Of a stretch of DNA of 64,000 bases, positions 61,725 to 64,000 are shown in pieces. Position numbers and translations under genes: made by a program. Origin of the DNA: Felis catus (taxonomy: Eukaryota). Where the stretch lies: positions 8,742,001 through 8,806,000 of the forward strand of contig NC_058382.1 in assembly GCF_018350175.1 (NCBI RefSeq). The letters are read 5' to 3'. Position 1 is the first letter of the stretch, and the number at the start of each line of letters is the position of its first letter. The notes beneath the pieces are model-generated. The model ran no database searches, was not told the DNA's origin, and worked only from the letters and a program-made list of their open reading frames with translations.

Positions 61725-62740
61725 GATATTTATTTAGTTTTGAGAGAGAGAGAGCACAAGTGGGGGAGAGGCAGAGGGAGAGGGGGACAGAGGATCCAAA
61801 GCGGGCTCTGTACTGACAGCTGCGAGCCCGATGAGGGGCTCGAACTCATGAACTGTGGAATCATGACCTGAGCTGAAGACTGAGCCACCCAGGCGCCCCA
61901 CCCCTCGTTTTTTTCTAACAATCCTTCCCCCCTTTTTCTGTCATTGTTCTATGCACCCGTTCACTCAGCAACCGCTTCCTGAATATTTACAAGGTGCCAA
62001 GCCCAGATAAGACAAACAAGTATAGTATATTCAGGATGGGGCAGGGCAGAGACGGATAATACATTAGCTTGTTTCAGATTGTAGGAATTGCTTTGAAGAA
62101 GTAACACAGGAGGATGTACTGAAAAGTGACAGAGGGGGGCGCCTGGGTGGCTCAGTCTGTTAAGCCTTCAGCTTAGGCTCAGGTCCTGATCTCACAGTTC
62201 GTGAGTTGGAACCCTGCATCGGGCTCTCTGGTGTCCGTACAGAGCCTGCTGCGGATCCTCTGTCCCCCCCTCTCTCTGCCCCTCCCCAGGTCTTGGTCTC
62301 TCTCTCTCTCTCTCTCTCTTTCTCTAAAATAAATAAAAACCAGGGCCCTGGGTGGCTCAGTCAGTTAAGCGACTCTTTTATTTAAATGTGTTTTTTAGGT
62401 AATTTTATTTATTTATTTACTTACTTATTTAGAGAGGGAGAGTGCGTGAGCGGGGGAAGGGCAGAGAGAGAGGGAGAGAGAGAGAATCCCAAGCAGGCTC
62501 CGCACGGTCAGCGCAGAGCCCGATGCAGGGCTCGAACTCACGAACCGTGAGATCGTGACCTGAGCCGAAACCAGGAGCCGGACGCTTAACCGACTGAGCC
62601 ACCCAGGCGCCCCAAGCGTCCGGCTCTTGAACTCAGCTGAAGTTTTGATCTCAGGGTTGTGAGTTCAAGCACCAAGTCGGGCTGTGCACTGGGTGTGAAG
62701 CCTACATTAAAAAGAGAGAGAGAGAGAGAGAGAGAGAGGG
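61725..62740. mobile_element. CAN-SINE cluster in PLEKHA4 intron 3
   Basis: SINE bodies about 61725-61898 (-), 62134-62340 (+), 62400-62613 (-) nested in an older copy. Confidence 0.8.
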
Positions 62741-63357
62741 TAAATAATTGGAGATTTATTCTAGGTGTGACTGTAAGCTCTGTTTTGAGCGGGGGGCTCC
62801 CCCAATCTGGCTTCTAATTTCAAAGGATCATGCTGGCTTCTGCGGGAAGAGATTGAAGAAGAGAAGAGGGGCAGGAGGTTGGAGAGAGAGTAGTTCTGGC
62901 AGAGGAGATGGGGAGATACAGGATTAGGGTTGTGGCTCAAGCCACCTTCCTGGCCTCTCTGTGCCTCAGACTCCAGCGTAATCAGACCGAGTCGAGGTAT
63001 GTAAAGTGCCTGCCCACGTGTTGTATAGTATCTCGTTCCAGCCTTCCAGGAACTTCTCAATCCCCAGTTGACAGATGAGAAGACACAAGTGGCCTCGCCA
63101 GGAAATGACTAGTCTGATGGCATAGTTTGAGAGGGGTGGAGCTAGGAACCAAACGCAGGTCCGACTGTCCAGAATCTATGGTCGCTCGACCGCGACGCTC
63201 TGGCTTCCGGCTCTCCAACTCAATCCATTGCATCAAACGCGTTTCTGTTGCGCCCTCTCTATGGGTCCCCGTCCCCAGGTGTCACTGTCTCCGTTCCCAC
63301 ATTTCCTCTCCCTACTTCGCATCTCCTCAGGCCTCCCCTCCTGCTCTGTTTCCCCAG

Positions 63358-63430
63358 GACAGCTCCGGGCTGCGCCTCTGGAAACGCCGCTGGTTCGTCC
63401 TCTCCGGCCATTGCCTCTTCTATTACAAGG
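63358..63430 (+). CDS. PLEKHA4: PLEKHA4 exon 4 (PH domain)
   Basis: DSSGLRLWKRRWFVLSGHCLFYYK; 73 nt. Confidence 0.96.
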
Positions 63431-63550
63431 GTCAGTGCCCTGACCTGCGTGGGGTGGACGGGCCCCCCCACCCCCCACCGCCTCCGTTTCCTCTGGCCTC
63501 TTGGCCTCCAGATCCCTGTGTGATCCCTGAGCCCAGCCCCTCGTTTGCAG

Positions 63551-63651
63551 ACAGCCGCGAGGAGAGCGTCCTGGGCAGCGTCCTTCTGCCAAGCTACAGT
63601 ATCAGGCCAGATGGGCCAGGAGCCCCCCGAGGGCGGCGCTTCACCTTCACC
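63551..63651 (+). CDS. PLEKHA4: PLEKHA4 exon 5 (PH domain)
   Basis: DSREESVLGSVLLPSYSIRPDGPGAPRGRRFTFT; 101 nt. Confidence 0.96.
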
Positions 63652-63804
63652 GTGAGTCCGTCCCTGGGGTCACTAAGGCACTAGGCAACGGGGGCAGTCA
63701 TTGGGGCATCCGTTATTGGAGATAAAAAGTCTTGACCAGGGTCCGTGGCATCCTCCTTTCTAGAGGTCGCGGGCGTCCACGTCCCCAACTGTCTTTCCCC
63801 GCAG

Positions 63805-63914
63805 GCTGAGCACCCAGGCATGAGGACCTATGTTCTGGCCGCTGACACGCTGGAGGACCTGCGGGGCTGGCTGAGGGCGCTGGGCCGGGCCTCTCGCGCA
63901 GAGGGGGACGATTG
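63805..63914 (+). CDS. PLEKHA4: PLEKHA4 exon 6 (end of PH domain; gene continues past the window)
   Basis: AEHPGMRTYVLAADTLEDLRGWLRALGRASRAEGDD; 110 nt. Confidence 0.95.
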
Positions 63915-64000
63915 GTGAGTATAGGTCCTGGCCGTGGCCCTGACCTCCAATCTGGGTCCACCTAATCCCCAGCCCCTCCCCTTTAGGCGCTGCCTCGTCA

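Overview
Mammalian genomic DNA from a cat-family carnivore: many felid-type CAN-SINEs, and the BAX protein matches the feline sequence as I recall it. The window is syntenic with human 19q13.33 in reverse orientation. Gene order: BAX (-, exons 2-6 seen, exon 1 in an N gap), DHDH (-, 7 exons, 335 aa), NUCB1 (-, 13 exons, about 454 aa, exon 11 partly in an N gap), TULP2 (+, 12 coding exons, about 515 aa, head-to-head with NUCB1), PPP1R15A/GADD34 (-, 674 aa, two uORFs) and the 5' part of PLEKHA4 (+, exons 1-6). All visible introns are GT-AG with consistent phases. Introns and intergenic DNA are full of SINEs, MaLR LTRs, L1 fragments and MER20. I found no new protein-coding gene. The most unusual non-coding structures are: five convergent ZNF143/ACTACA motif pairs with near-constant 80-86 bp span; a CCAAT-box cluster inside TULP2 just upstream of a Kozak ATG opening a tubby-domain-only frame; a nuclear-receptor DR1/DR5/DR2 minisatellite in BAX intron 5; a YY1-motif cluster in DHDH intron 3; and MSR1-like repeats near each gene's 5' end. 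Comparisons with human sequences are from memory and need alignment.
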